A DNA stretch of 32,000 nt from Ruminococcus albus 7 = DSM 20455 (lineage in GTDB: Bacteria > Bacillota > Clostridia > Oscillospirales > Ruminococcaceae). The notes beneath the pieces are model-generated. The model had not been told where the DNA came from, searched no databases, and saw only the letters and a list, made by a program, of their open reading frames with translations. Below are positions 17,242 to 24,843 of this stretch, in pieces. Where the stretch lies: assembly GCF_000179635.2 (NCBI RefSeq), contig NC_014833.1:120001-152000 (forward strand), given 5' to 3'. A program made the position numbers and the translations under genes. Within the stretch, counting starts at the first letter, position 1, and every line of letters begins with the position of its first letter.

Positions 17242-18153
17242 TTGCAGACTGCAGATGTTTTGGATGTAGGAAACGACATCGTCGATGTACCCGAAGTAAG
17301 CGCGGATACCTACCGTCCGATGAGCGGTGAGGATATCAGGCGTGTTGCAAAACAGAGGATAGCCAGATGCAGCGGCGACAGCGTTTCGCTGATGGTGTTC
17401 CAGTTTGCAGTGATAGCGCTGATACTTCTGGGTGAAACGACACTGTATCTTTCGCTGCGGAGCGTAGGGTATACATGGCTTTACAGTGCTGAAGAGCTTC
17501 TTGAAGGCAGGGTGATGACCTGGGTGTTCTGGGTCAGCAAAACGCTGTTTGAGTTTTCACTGGCATCGCCGTTTTTCGGTATGGTGAGAAGGCTTTATCT
17601 GGATATTGCCATGGGCAGCGATATCATGGAAACGCGAGGCTATGCTTCTGCCCATTCCGTTAAGTTTTACAGCAGCTCGTTTTATGCAGCGTTCATCCAG
17701 CTGGTGATAAAGGTCACTGTGATAACTCCCGCTATGCTTACGGCATACACTGCTTACTACTGGGTACAGGAGATAAGGCTGAGTGAGCTGAATTCATGTG
17801 CGCTCATCGCGCTGATGGCATCGCTGAGTATGACGGCGGTTTGGCTGTTCTTGGCGTTGAGGTATTACATCTCAATGGCGCTGACACCATATATTATGGC
17901 TCCTAATCCGCGCTGTAATGTGTTTGATGCCTGTGATCTTTCGGTAAGGCTGATGGAAGGCAGGCACGGACGGTATCTGACGTTCATAGCGTACTATATA
18001 AAATTTTTACCGCTGCTGCTGCTGGTGTATCCGTATTTTGCGGTGTATCCCTATTTCAGGGTGAGCTATGCACTGTTTATGCGTGAATTGCTGGGTGACA
18101 GAAATCAGGATAAGCTGCCGGGTATGATAAAGAGATGGAAGAAATATATGTAA
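17242..18153 (+). CDS. Hypothetical polytopic membrane protein; the start is uncertain
   Basis: The ORF track gives 17197..18153, whose ATG would overlap the upstream gene by 44 nt. A TTG at 17242 follows a GAGGAAGG RBS and sits 2 nt after the upstream stop. The ATG at 17320 is another option. There are 6 or more hydrophobic helices. No family was recognised. Confidence 0.55.
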   Translation: MQTADVLDVGNDIVDVPEVSADTYRPMSGEDIRRVAKQRIARCSGDSVSLMVFQFAVIALILLGETTLYLSLRSVGYTWLYSAEELLEGRVMTWVFWVSKTLFEFSLASPFFGMVRRLYLDIAMGSDIMETRGYASAHSVKFYSSSFYAAFIQLVIKVTVITPAMLTAYTAYYWVQEIRLSELNSCALIALMASLSMTAVWLFLALRYYISMALTPYIMAPNPRCNVFDACDLSVRLMEGRHGRYLTFIAYYIKFLPLLLLVYPYFAVYPYFRVSYALFMRELLGDRNQDKLPGMIKRWKKYM

Positions 18154-18965
18154 GGACCCTGACCGTCACGCTGGAAGAAGACGGACGGTCGGTCAAGGAT
18201 ATACTGCGTGCGCGGGGTTTCTCGCGCCGCCTGCTGACCAAGCTGAAACTATCGGACGGTATATGTCTTGACGGGGCTAAGATAAGGGTGACAGCACCGG
18301 CATATGAAGGTCAGAAAATAACTGTCACTGAACCCGGGCAAACTGCGCCCGAACCGAATCCGCTGCTGGATGTCCCTGTGCTTTATGAGGACGGGGACGT
18401 TATAGTTTTTGATAAGCCTGCGGATATGCCTGTACACGAATCAATAAACCACCGCGGAGATACGCTGGCGAACTTTTTTGCCTGTCGCTGTAAAGGACTT
18501 ACTTTCCGCACTGTGAACCGCCTTGACAGAGATACTGCAGGATGCGTATGCGTGGCAAAAACTCGTTATGCCGCAAATGCGCTGGCAGGCAGCATAAGCA
18601 AGGTTTACTGCGGACTTATACCTCTCACAAAACTAAGCGGAGGACGGGTGTGTGCACCTATCGCCAGGGAGAGAGAATCTGTTATACTGCGCTGTGTGCG
18701 TGCGGACGGTAAGTACTCGGCTACCTGCTGGCAGGTGATCGAAAGGCGTAAAGACAGTGTGCTCTGCAGATTTCTGCTTGAAACCGGGCGCACTCATCAG
18801 ATACGTGTGCACATGGCACATATAGGTCTGCCGCTGATAGGTGATGAGATGTATGGCGGTGATACTTCAAACAGGAAAGGGCAGGCGCTAATGTGCAGTG
18901 AGGTGAGCTTCATATCGCCCGAAAGCGGTAAGAGGATAACAGTGTTTTCTGAAAGGAAACTGTGA
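18135..18965 (+). CDS. RluA-family pseudouridine synthase (S4-like N-terminus plus catalytic domain)
   Basis: 276 aa. The catalytic Asp motif is NRLDRDTAGCVCVAK, and TGRTHQIRVHMAHIGLPLIGDEMYG is also present. Confidence 0.88.
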   Translation: MEEIYVRTLTVTLEEDGRSVKDILRARGFSRRLLTKLKLSDGICLDGAKIRVTAPAYEGQKITVTEPGQTAPEPNPLLDVPVLYEDGDVIVFDKPADMPVHESINHRGDTLANFFACRCKGLTFRTVNRLDRDTAGCVCVAKTRYAANALAGSISKVYCGLIPLTKLSGGRVCAPIARERESVILRCVRADGKYSATCWQVIERRKDSVLCRFLLETGRTHQIRVHMAHIGLPLIGDEMYGGDTSNRKGQALMCSEVSFISPESGKRITVFSERKL

Positions 18966-19004
18966 TGATATGAGAGCGTACATCGGAAGTTAAGGAGGAA
19001 ATAT

Positions 19005-19529
19005 ATGGTACCCATATTTCTTTGCGGCTTTATGGGCTGCGGAAAAAGCACTGTCGGAAAGATACTGGCAGGAAGGCTGAAATGCAAGTGCGTTGATCTC
19101 GACGACTATATAGAAGAAAGGGAGGGTATTACCATACCCGATATATTCGCACAGAAGGGCGAGACTTATTTCAGGGAGAAAGAAACCGAAGCACTTGCGG
19201 CTTTCGGTGATATGGGCGGAGTGGTAGCCACTGGCGGCGGCGCTTTGCTTTCTGATAAAAACGGTGAGACTGCTATGGGCGCAGGCATGGTGGTATTTAT
19301 AGATACTGATTTTGACACCTGCTATGACCGCATAAAGGATGACCCTCACCGTCCTATAGCTGCAAGTTCGACCCGTGAACAGCTGCTGGCGCGTTTTGAG
19401 GACAGAAAGCCGAAATATCAGGCGCATTCGCACTTTGTGGTATCGGGTGGATATCCGCCGCTTGTTATAGCAGTGAAGATAGAGCGTATGTATAAAAAAT
19501 TCATCAGGGAGAACGGTAAAAATGGATAA
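19005..19529 (+). CDS. aroK: Shikimate kinase
   Basis: 174 aa. It has the Walker A motif GFMGCGKSTVGK, the shikimate-binding segments DLD...E and ATGGGA, and an AAGGAGG RBS. Confidence 0.88.
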   Translation: MVPIFLCGFMGCGKSTVGKILAGRLKCKCVDLDDYIEEREGITIPDIFAQKGETYFREKETEALAAFGDMGGVVATGGGALLSDKNGETAMGAGMVVFIDTDFDTCYDRIKDDPHRPIAASSTREQLLARFEDRKPKYQAHSHFVVSGGYPPLVIAVKIERMYKKFIRENGKNG

Positions 19530-20208
19530 ACGTCTGCTGACCTGTGTATCGCTTTGCAGGGGCAGGGTCATAGCTGATATCGGTACAGACCACGGATATC
19601 TGCCTTGCTATATGGCTGCTGAGGGTCTTTGCGATAAAGCCTATGCCTGTGATGTAGCTGAGAAGCCTCTTGAAAGTGCAGCGGCACATATATCACAGAA
19701 CGGGCTTGAAGACAAGGTGACACCAATACTTTCCTGCGGACTTGAAAAAGTGCCTGCGGAAGGGCTTACGGATATAGTCATAGCGGGTATGGGCGGTGAA
19801 CTGATAGCGAGGATACTGGAGGACTGCCGGTGGCTGAAAACTGCTGAACCTGCGTTGAATCTGGTGCTTCAGCCCATGACGAAATGGGATACATTAAGGC
19901 GCTGGCTTTATGAGAATGGCTTTGAGGTAAGAGGAGAAAAGCCCTGTACGAGCGGGCGCTTTGTATACTCGGTAATGCAGGCGGTGTACACAGGGGAAAA
20001 GCCTGGTTATCCATGTGACCTGAGATACCTTTTCTGCGGCAGAGTTACTGCGGATGATGACGACGGAAGAGAATATCTGCTGAGGCAGGCGGTGCGTCTT
20101 GAAGCCTGTGCAAGGGGTAAGCTGTCATCCGGGGAAGCAGATGCTGCAAAGGAGATGCAGGCACTTGCGGAGGATATTAAGGAACAGTGCGAAAAAAATT
20201 GCTTATAA
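19522..20208 (+). CDS. trmK: tRNA (adenine22-N1)-methyltransferase
   Basis: 228 aa. IADIGTDHGYLP and VIAGMGGELI are TrmK (YqfN) signatures. It overlaps aroK by 8 nt. Confidence 0.85.
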   Translation: MDKRLLTCVSLCRGRVIADIGTDHGYLPCYMAAEGLCDKAYACDVAEKPLESAAAHISQNGLEDKVTPILSCGLEKVPAEGLTDIVIAGMGGELIARILEDCRWLKTAEPALNLVLQPMTKWDTLRRWLYENGFEVRGEKPCTSGRFVYSVMQAVYTGEKPGYPCDLRYLFCGRVTADDDDGREYLLRQAVRLEACARGKLSSGEADAAKEMQALAEDIKEQCEKNCL

Positions 20209-20226
20209 AAAATTTATAATTTCCTC

Positions 20227-20255
20227 TTGACAATACTGCTATGTAGTGGTATAAT
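20227..20255 (+). promoter_or_regulatory. Consensus sigma-A promoter driving tRNA-Pro
   Basis: TTGACA (20227-20232), 17 nt, then TGGTATAAT (TATAAT at 20250-20255). The tRNA starts about 30 nt downstream. Confidence 0.65.
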
Positions 20256-20285
20256 ATAAAGGCTGCACGGATAATGGTGCAGAAA

Positions 20286-20359
20286 CGAGACGTAACTCAG
20301 TTTGGTAGAGTGCTTGCTTTGGGAGCAAGATGCCGCAGGTTCGAATCCTGTCGTCTCGA
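20286..20359 (+). tRNA. tRNA-Pro (anticodon UGG)
   Basis: The 74-nt cloverleaf was folded by hand. The acceptor is CGAGACG/CGTCTCG and the D-arm is ACTC-AGTTTGGTA-GAGT. The anticodon stem CTTGC/GCAAG carries loop TT-TGG-GA, and the T-arm is GCAGG-TTCGAAT-CCTGT. No CCA is encoded. Confidence 0.85.
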
Positions 20360-20411
20360 TTTGAGCGATTTTGAAGAAATGTGAACAATTTGAAAACATT
20401 CAAAAAAGCGC

Positions 20412-20440
20412 TTGACATTCAAAAAGATCTGTGGTATAAT
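20412..20440 (+). promoter_or_regulatory. Second consensus sigma-A promoter driving tRNA-Thr and tRNA-Tyr
   Basis: TTGACA (20412-20417), 17 nt, then TGGTATAAT (TATAAT at 20435-20440). The core is the same as in the promoter at 20227. Confidence 0.65.
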
Positions 20441-20493
20441 AATTAAGTCGTCAGGAGAGAGACGACACCACGGAATACCGCTAATGATGATTA

Positions 20494-20569
20494 GCTGGTG
20501 TAGCTCAGTTGGTAGAGCAGCTGATTTGTAATCAGCAGGTCGGGGGTTCAAGTCCGTCCACCAGCTCCA
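20494..20569 (+). tRNA. tRNA-Thr (anticodon UGU), CCA encoded
   Basis: The acceptor is GCTGGTG/CACCAGC and the D-arm is GCTC-AGTTGGTA-GAGC. The anticodon stem GCTGA/TCAGC carries loop TT-TGT-AA. The T-arm GGGGG-TTCAAGT-CCGTC contains one G:G mismatch (positions 51:63). Discriminator T is followed by CCA. Confidence 0.82.
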
Positions 20570-20606
20570 GTTATATTCATTCGGGAAATATTCCGGGTGA
20601 ATAAAT

Positions 20607-20691
20607 GGGAGAATTCCCGAGCGGCCAAAGGGGGCAGACTGTAAATCTGTTGCTTTCAGCTTCGATGGTTCGAATCCATCTTCTCCCACCA
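20607..20691 (+). tRNA. tRNA-Tyr (anticodon GUA), class II long variable arm, CCA encoded
   Basis: 85 nt. The acceptor is GGGAGAA/TTCTCCC, the anticodon loop is CT-GTA-AA, the variable arm is 13 nt, and the T-arm is GATGG-TTCGAAT-CCATC. It ends in ACCA. Confidence 0.88.
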
Positions 20692-20694
20692 GAA

Positions 20695-20730
20695 ACGCCT
20701 TGCAGGTAACTGCAGGGCGTTTGTTTTTTT
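20695..20730 (+). terminator. Intrinsic terminator of the tRNA cluster
   Basis: An 11-bp stem ACGCCTTGCAG / CTGCAGGGCGT with loop GTAA and one G:U pair, followed by TTGTTTTTTT. Confidence 0.8.
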
Positions 20731-20752
20731 ATATGGCAAGTATAAATATTCA

Positions 20753-20781
20753 AGCCCCTGAGCATTTGACACTCGGGGGCT
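20753..20781 (-). terminator. Probable terminator of the SGNH lipoprotein gene
   Basis: Stem AGCCCCTGAG / CTCGGGGGCT with one mismatch, lying 13 nt beyond the stop at 20794. The downstream tract on the minus strand is only moderately T-rich. Confidence 0.45.
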
Positions 20782-20793
20782 TTGTGTTCTGTA

Positions 20794-22128
20794 TCAGCTT
20801 ATGAGCCAGTTGAGTATGCTGAAATCGGGATTGGTATCGCCGTTGATGGATTCTACGGTGACAGTATGTTCAGCGATGGAATCAGAGGAGAATATCTCAT
20901 CTGCCTTGGGATAACTGCCCCAGCCGCCGGGGAAGTCGCCGTCTATGATGACAGCATCGTTGTCATCGACCTTTACAGATACCTTGCCGAAAGTGCCGTT
21001 GATATTCTTCATATAGAGCATACCAAGGTTTTTGCACTTTATTTTAAAAGTTATCTTGCCACCTGACTTGGTTGCCCAGCCGCCGCTGAAATTTCCGGAC
21101 TGCGCGGTCTCGGTGAATGTGCCTGCATCGGTGACTTCCACTATATCGGGAGTATCGGAAGAACCGAGAACAGCACCTGCGAATTTATCGTCTGTGGGTG
21201 AAGGCACAGCTGCAGGGTCAAAGGGAGTGACTTCCTTGTTCTCACTGTCCAGACCGTTCTTTACCTGCTCCAGCAGATTGATAACGCACTGTGCCATGAT
21301 CTTATGACCTGCATCGTTAGGGTGCACGTTATCATTGGATGTATCCTTCCATTGGAAATTTCCTGCATCAATCTCGGGGATGATAGCATCGTGGTAGGAT
21401 ATCATGGGTATATCATAGGTCTTTGCAACGTTGAGATGTGATGCCTGTGGAGATCCGCCGCCCTCGGTTGAGGGTTCGATGAGTATGACAGCGGGCTGGT
21501 TTTCCAGAGAGAGACAGTACCTTACAAGGCTGTCCATTGAGGATTGATAGAGGAGATTGTCCTGGTCATTGATGAATTCGATGAATATGATATCGGATTC
21601 GGGCGGGATATCTCTTGAAGCCCTGTGTACAGCGAGGTAGGAATCAGTAGCGCCTATACCTGCGTTTGTTCCAAGCACGTAAAAGCTGAGGTTTTCCTCC
21701 CACCATGCGGTGATCAGGTTGGTATACTGCTTGGAAGATCCTGTGGAGCCTGAACCTGCGGTAATGGAATCTCCCATGTAGCAGATGTTGGTCACGGCTT
21801 TTGGATCGTCAATGGTACGCTGGAGCTTTGCTGCCAGCCTTGAGGTATCTCCGTGATTGAGTATGGCTCTGCCCAGCATATTTTCTGTGGCACCCTGTGT
21901 GAAGTCATAAGCGCCTTCGTTTACGGGGTATTGTGCAAGAAGCTGAGCGGAGGGGTCGTCCTCCGGGACTGGCTCGGTATCATCTGCCGATGTGTCTTTG
22001 CTGTCGGCAGTATCGGTCTTTGCGGTGGTATCCGCCTTTGAACTCTCATCAGATGAAGAGCCGCTGCAGCCTGCAAGAGCTGCTGCACAGATGGTAAGTG
22101 CAAGTATCGGTGCAAGTATTTTTTTCAT
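20794..22128 (-). CDS. Lipoprotein SGNH/GDSL esterase with a C-terminal beta-sandwich (CBM-like) domain
   Basis: 444 aa. The lipobox signal peptide is MKKILAPILALTICAAALAG|C, followed by an S/D/T-rich linker. Block I is CYMGDSITAG and block V is DNVHPNDAGH. An AAGGAG RBS is present. Confidence 0.8.
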   Translation of the reverse strand: MKKILAPILALTICAAALAGCSGSSSDESSKADTTAKTDTADSKDTSADDTEPVPEDDPSAQLLAQYPVNEGAYDFTQGATENMLGRAILNHGDTSRLAAKLQRTIDDPKAVTNICYMGDSITAGSGSTGSSKQYTNLITAWWEENLSFYVLGTNAGIGATDSYLAVHRASRDIPPESDIIFIEFINDQDNLLYQSSMDSLVRYCLSLENQPAVILIEPSTEGGGSPQASHLNVAKTYDIPMISYHDAIIPEIDAGNFQWKDTSNDNVHPNDAGHKIMAQCVINLLEQVKNGLDSENKEVTPFDPAAVPSPTDDKFAGAVLGSSDTPDIVEVTDAGTFTETAQSGNFSGGWATKSGGKITFKIKCKNLGMLYMKNINGTFGKVSVKVDDNDAVIIDGDFPGGWGSYPKADEIFSSDSIAEHTVTVESINGDTNPDFSILNWLIS

Positions 22129-22393
22129 ACTAACACTCCTTTCATAATATAATATCCTTTCATGCCTTAACGGCAGTACCCTTTTGTAATTGCATTATAA
22201 CACACGGGAGATAAAATGGCAAGGTATTTCCCATGATATCCGAAAATTTTCAGTATGTGAGATCTTTGTATAAGCTGAGAAAAATTCTGCTGTAATTTTT
22301 GCGGTGTTGGAATAAATTTTCAGATACGGGCGTATCATTTATGGCTGGACAGTGCTTTGCTGAGGAAAATGTGTTGAAAATTGTGTGAAACCG

Positions 22394-22422
22394 TTGACAG
22401 TTAATGAATTTTCTGATATAAT
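22394..22422 (+). promoter_or_regulatory. Sigma-A-type promoter of glmS
   Basis: TTGACA (22394-22399), 17 nt, then TGATATAAT (TATAAT at 22417-22422). This predicts a leader of about 155 nt. Confidence 0.55.
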
Positions 22423-22583
22423 TTTTATCAGGTGTTGATTTAAAAAAAGTTACGGATATCCCATTGATACACTATAATTTTAAGCCGATATATCATTATC
22501 GTTCCTAAAAAGGCTGTTTATCGCGGTGTGTCAGGGGTGAACGCAATAAAAGATCATGATCACAGGATACTGGAGGTATATAT

Positions 22584-24422
22584 ATGTGTGGTATAGTTGG
22601 ATTTACCGGCGATCATCAGGCGGCTCCCGTTTTGCTTGACGGTCTTTCAAAACTTGAATACAGAGGTTACGATTCGGCGGGCATAGCTGTTCGCGACGGA
22701 GATAAGGATACTGAGATAATCAAGGAAAAGGGCAAGCTGGAAGTACTTATAAATATGACTGACGACGGCAAGGCTGTCAAGGGCTGCTGCGGTATCGGTC
22801 ATACCAGATGGGCTACCCATGGTGAGCCTTCTGCGCTGAATGCTCATCCTCATGCTACTGATGATGAGAACGTTATAGCGGTACACAACGGTATAATCGA
22901 GAATTATCAGGAGCTTCGCGGCAAGCTGATAAAGGCAGGCTATACCTTCAAGTCACAGACAGATACCGAGGTAGCAGTAAAGCTTATAGACTATTACTAC
23001 CGCAAGTACGGCGAGGGTCCTGTGGATTCCATCGCGAGGGCTATGATACGTATACGCGGAAGCTACGCGCTTTGCGTTATGTTCAGGGAATATCCCGGTG
23101 AGATATATACTGCCCGTAAGGACAGCCCTATGATAATAGGTATTGCAGATGGCGAGACCTATGTTGCTTCTGACGTTCCTGCCATACTCAAATATACAAG
23201 GAATGTTTACTACATAGGCAATCAGGAGATAGCAAAGCTTGAAAAGGGCGCAGTTACCTTCTACAATATCGAGCGTGAGGAGATAACCAAGGAGCTCACT
23301 GAGATAAAGTGGAACGCTGAGGCAGCTGAAAAGGGCGGCTATGAGCACTTCATGCTGAAGGAGATACATGAGCAGCCCAAGGTAATAAAGGATACCATAA
23401 ATTCAGTTGTAAAGGACGGAGATATCGTACTTTCCGAGTTCGGTCTTACCGATGAGGAAGTACAGGCGCTCTCGCAGATATACATCGTTGCCTGCGGTTC
23501 TGCTTACCACGTAGGTGTTGCGGCTCAGTATGTTATCGAGGAACTTACTTCTATCCCTGTGAGAGTTGAGCTTGCCAGCGAATTCAGGTACAGAAAAACT
23601 CCGCTGAACAAGAACAGTCTTGTTATAATAATCAGCCAGTCCGGTGAAACTGCCGACAGCCGTGCGGCTTTGACCCTTGCAAAGGAAAAGGGCATAAAGA
23701 CTCTGGGTATAGTCAACGTGGTAGGCTCTAATATCGCGAGAGAGGCTGACAGCGTGTTCTATACACTGGCAGGCCCCGAGATATCTGTTGCTACTACAAA
23801 GGCATACAGCACTCAGCTTATAGCTTCGTACCTGCTGGCTATGCAGTTTGCAAAGGTACGCGGTGAGATATCCGACGAAAGATTTGCTGAGCTTCTTGAA
23901 GAACTTCAGACAATTCCCGAAAAGGTAGCTAAGATACTTGAAGACAAGGAAAGGATACAGTGGTTCGCTTCTAAGTTTGCAAACATCAAGGATGCATTCT
24001 TCATCGGCAGAGGTATCGACTATGCGGTGAGCCTTGAAGGTTCGCTGAAGATGAAGGAGATAAGCTATATCCATTCGGAGGCGTACGCTGCAGGTGAACT
24101 GAAGCATGGTCCTATCAGCCTTATAGAGGACGGTACACTTGTTATAAGCGTACTGACACAGCAGGCGCTGTTTGAGAAGACAGTATCCAACATGGTGGAG
24201 TGCAAGGCAAGAGGTGCTTACATCATGGGTCTGACTTCCTACGGCAATTACAGCGTTGAGGACACTGCGGACTTCACCGCATACGTTCCCAAGACCGACC
24301 CGCTCTTCGCCGCAAGTCTTGCGGTAGTTCCTCTCCAGCTGCTCGGATATTATATCTCGGTAGCTAAGGGTCTTGATGTTGACAAGCCCAGAAACTTGGC
24401 TAAGAGCGTTACAGTTGAATAA
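22584..24422 (+). CDS. glmS: Glutamine--fructose-6-phosphate aminotransferase (isomerising)
   Basis: 612 aa. It has the N-terminal nucleophile MCGIVGF, a GATase-2 domain, two SIS domains (SQSGETADS) and the C-terminal KPRNLAKSVTVE. A GGAGG RBS is present. Confidence 0.97.
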   Translation: MCGIVGFTGDHQAAPVLLDGLSKLEYRGYDSAGIAVRDGDKDTEIIKEKGKLEVLINMTDDGKAVKGCCGIGHTRWATHGEPSALNAHPHATDDENVIAVHNGIIENYQELRGKLIKAGYTFKSQTDTEVAVKLIDYYYRKYGEGPVDSIARAMIRIRGSYALCVMFREYPGEIYTARKDSPMIIGIADGETYVASDVPAILKYTRNVYYIGNQEIAKLEKGAVTFYNIEREEITKELTEIKWNAEAAEKGGYEHFMLKEIHEQPKVIKDTINSVVKDGDIVLSEFGLTDEEVQALSQIYIVACGSAYHVGVAAQYVIEELTSIPVRVELASEFRYRKTPLNKNSLVIIISQSGETADSRAALTLAKEKGIKTLGIVNVVGSNIAREADSVFYTLAGPEISVATTKAYSTQLIASYLLAMQFAKVRGEISDERFAELLEELQTIPEKVAKILEDKERIQWFASKFANIKDAFFIGRGIDYAVSLEGSLKMKEISYIHSEAYAAGELKHGPISLIEDGTLVISVLTQQALFEKTVSNMVECKARGAYIMGLTSYGNYSVEDTADFTAYVPKTDPLFAASLAVVPLQLLGYYISVAKGLDVDKPRNLAKSVTVE

Positions 24423-24428
24423 TATTTT

Positions 24429-24462
24429 CGGCGGACAGATACACATTCTGTCCGCCGTTTTT
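24429..24462 (+). terminator. Intrinsic terminator of glmS (outer element of the palindrome)
   Basis: A perfect 10-bp stem CGGCGGACAG / CTGTCCGCCG with a 9-nt loop, followed by TTTTT. Confidence 0.85.
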
Positions 24463-24605
24463 ATGCCCCGCGGAGCAGTCCCAGTTCGGTGCAGATGATG
24501 GTTTATCTTGCGTACTGCGGGTTCTGCTGGGGAAAACCTTTCTGAAGAAAGGTTATTCCCCAGACCCCTTTCCAAAGACTTCTATTTCTTTTTGGCAGGG
24601 GGCAG
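24458..24605 (+). repeat. Repeat copy A (left arm of the 408-bp imperfect palindrome)
   Basis: It contains TTTTTATGCC, the 18-nt block CAGATGATGGTTTATCTT (24492-24509), a 14-bp bulged hairpin (24529-24561) and the 18-nt block CTTTTTGGCAGGGGGCAG (24588-24605). All are mirrored in copy B. Confidence 0.8.
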
Positions 24606-24659
24606 CTATTATTATATAGTGAAGTAAGTGACCGTACTAGGTGTACTTTATAAAGATGT

Positions 24660-24807
24660 CTGCCCCCTGCCAAAAAGAGTTAAAAGTTTTCGGGGAGGAG
24701 TTTGAGGAGGACCCTTTTTCAAAAGGGTCTTCCTCAATAAAGCTCGCAGTCTGTAAGATAAACCATCATCTGTATCAATCCGAGACCGACCTGCGCAGGC
24801 ATAAAAA
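24660..24807 (-). repeat. Repeat copy B (right arm, inverted)
   Basis: Exact reverse complements of the two 18-nt blocks lie at 24660-24677 and 24755-24772. A 15-bp hairpin lies at 24704-24735 and GGCATAAAAA at 24798-24807. All are equidistant from the centre at about 24632. Confidence 0.8.
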
Positions 24808-24836
24808 ATTGGAGACAGCGGGTGAGTGCTGTCTCC
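24802..24836 (-). terminator. Intrinsic terminator of the GH8 gene (outer element of the palindrome)
   Basis: A 9-bp stem GGAGACAGC / GCTGTCTCC with an 8-nt loop. The minus-strand T-run corresponds to the plus-strand A-run at 24802-24808. Confidence 0.8.
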
Positions 24837-24843
24837 TGTGAAT

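Noticed and set aside
16563-17279. A 238-aa minus-strand ORF. Similar antisense ORFs lie at 18990-19571, 14815-15429 and 15775-16242.
   Set aside because: Each lies opposite a gene with clear family motifs (histidine phosphatase, aroK, RnfC-like, XRE). None has an RBS or a motif of its own.
20297-20689. A 130-aa minus-strand ORF spanning the tRNA cluster.
   Set aside because: It overlaps three well-folding tRNA genes and their promoters. It is a translation artefact of structured RNA genes.
22129-22583. The expected glmS ribozyme upstream of glmS.
   Set aside because: I looked for the conserved core on the sense strand and found none. I therefore annotate no ribozyme and report its absence as a finding to verify with cmsearch.
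23403-24575. A 390-aa ORF on the minus strand.
   Set aside because: It lies antisense to glmS, which is unambiguous, and it runs through the glmS terminator and the repeat. It is a shadow ORF.
24606-24659. A chromosome dimer-resolution (dif) site at the centre of the palindrome between convergent genes.
   Set aside because: The core lacks the Firmicute dif half-sites (ACTTCCTAGAA / TTATGTAAACT-like) and the 11-6-11 dyad. It is only AT-rich.
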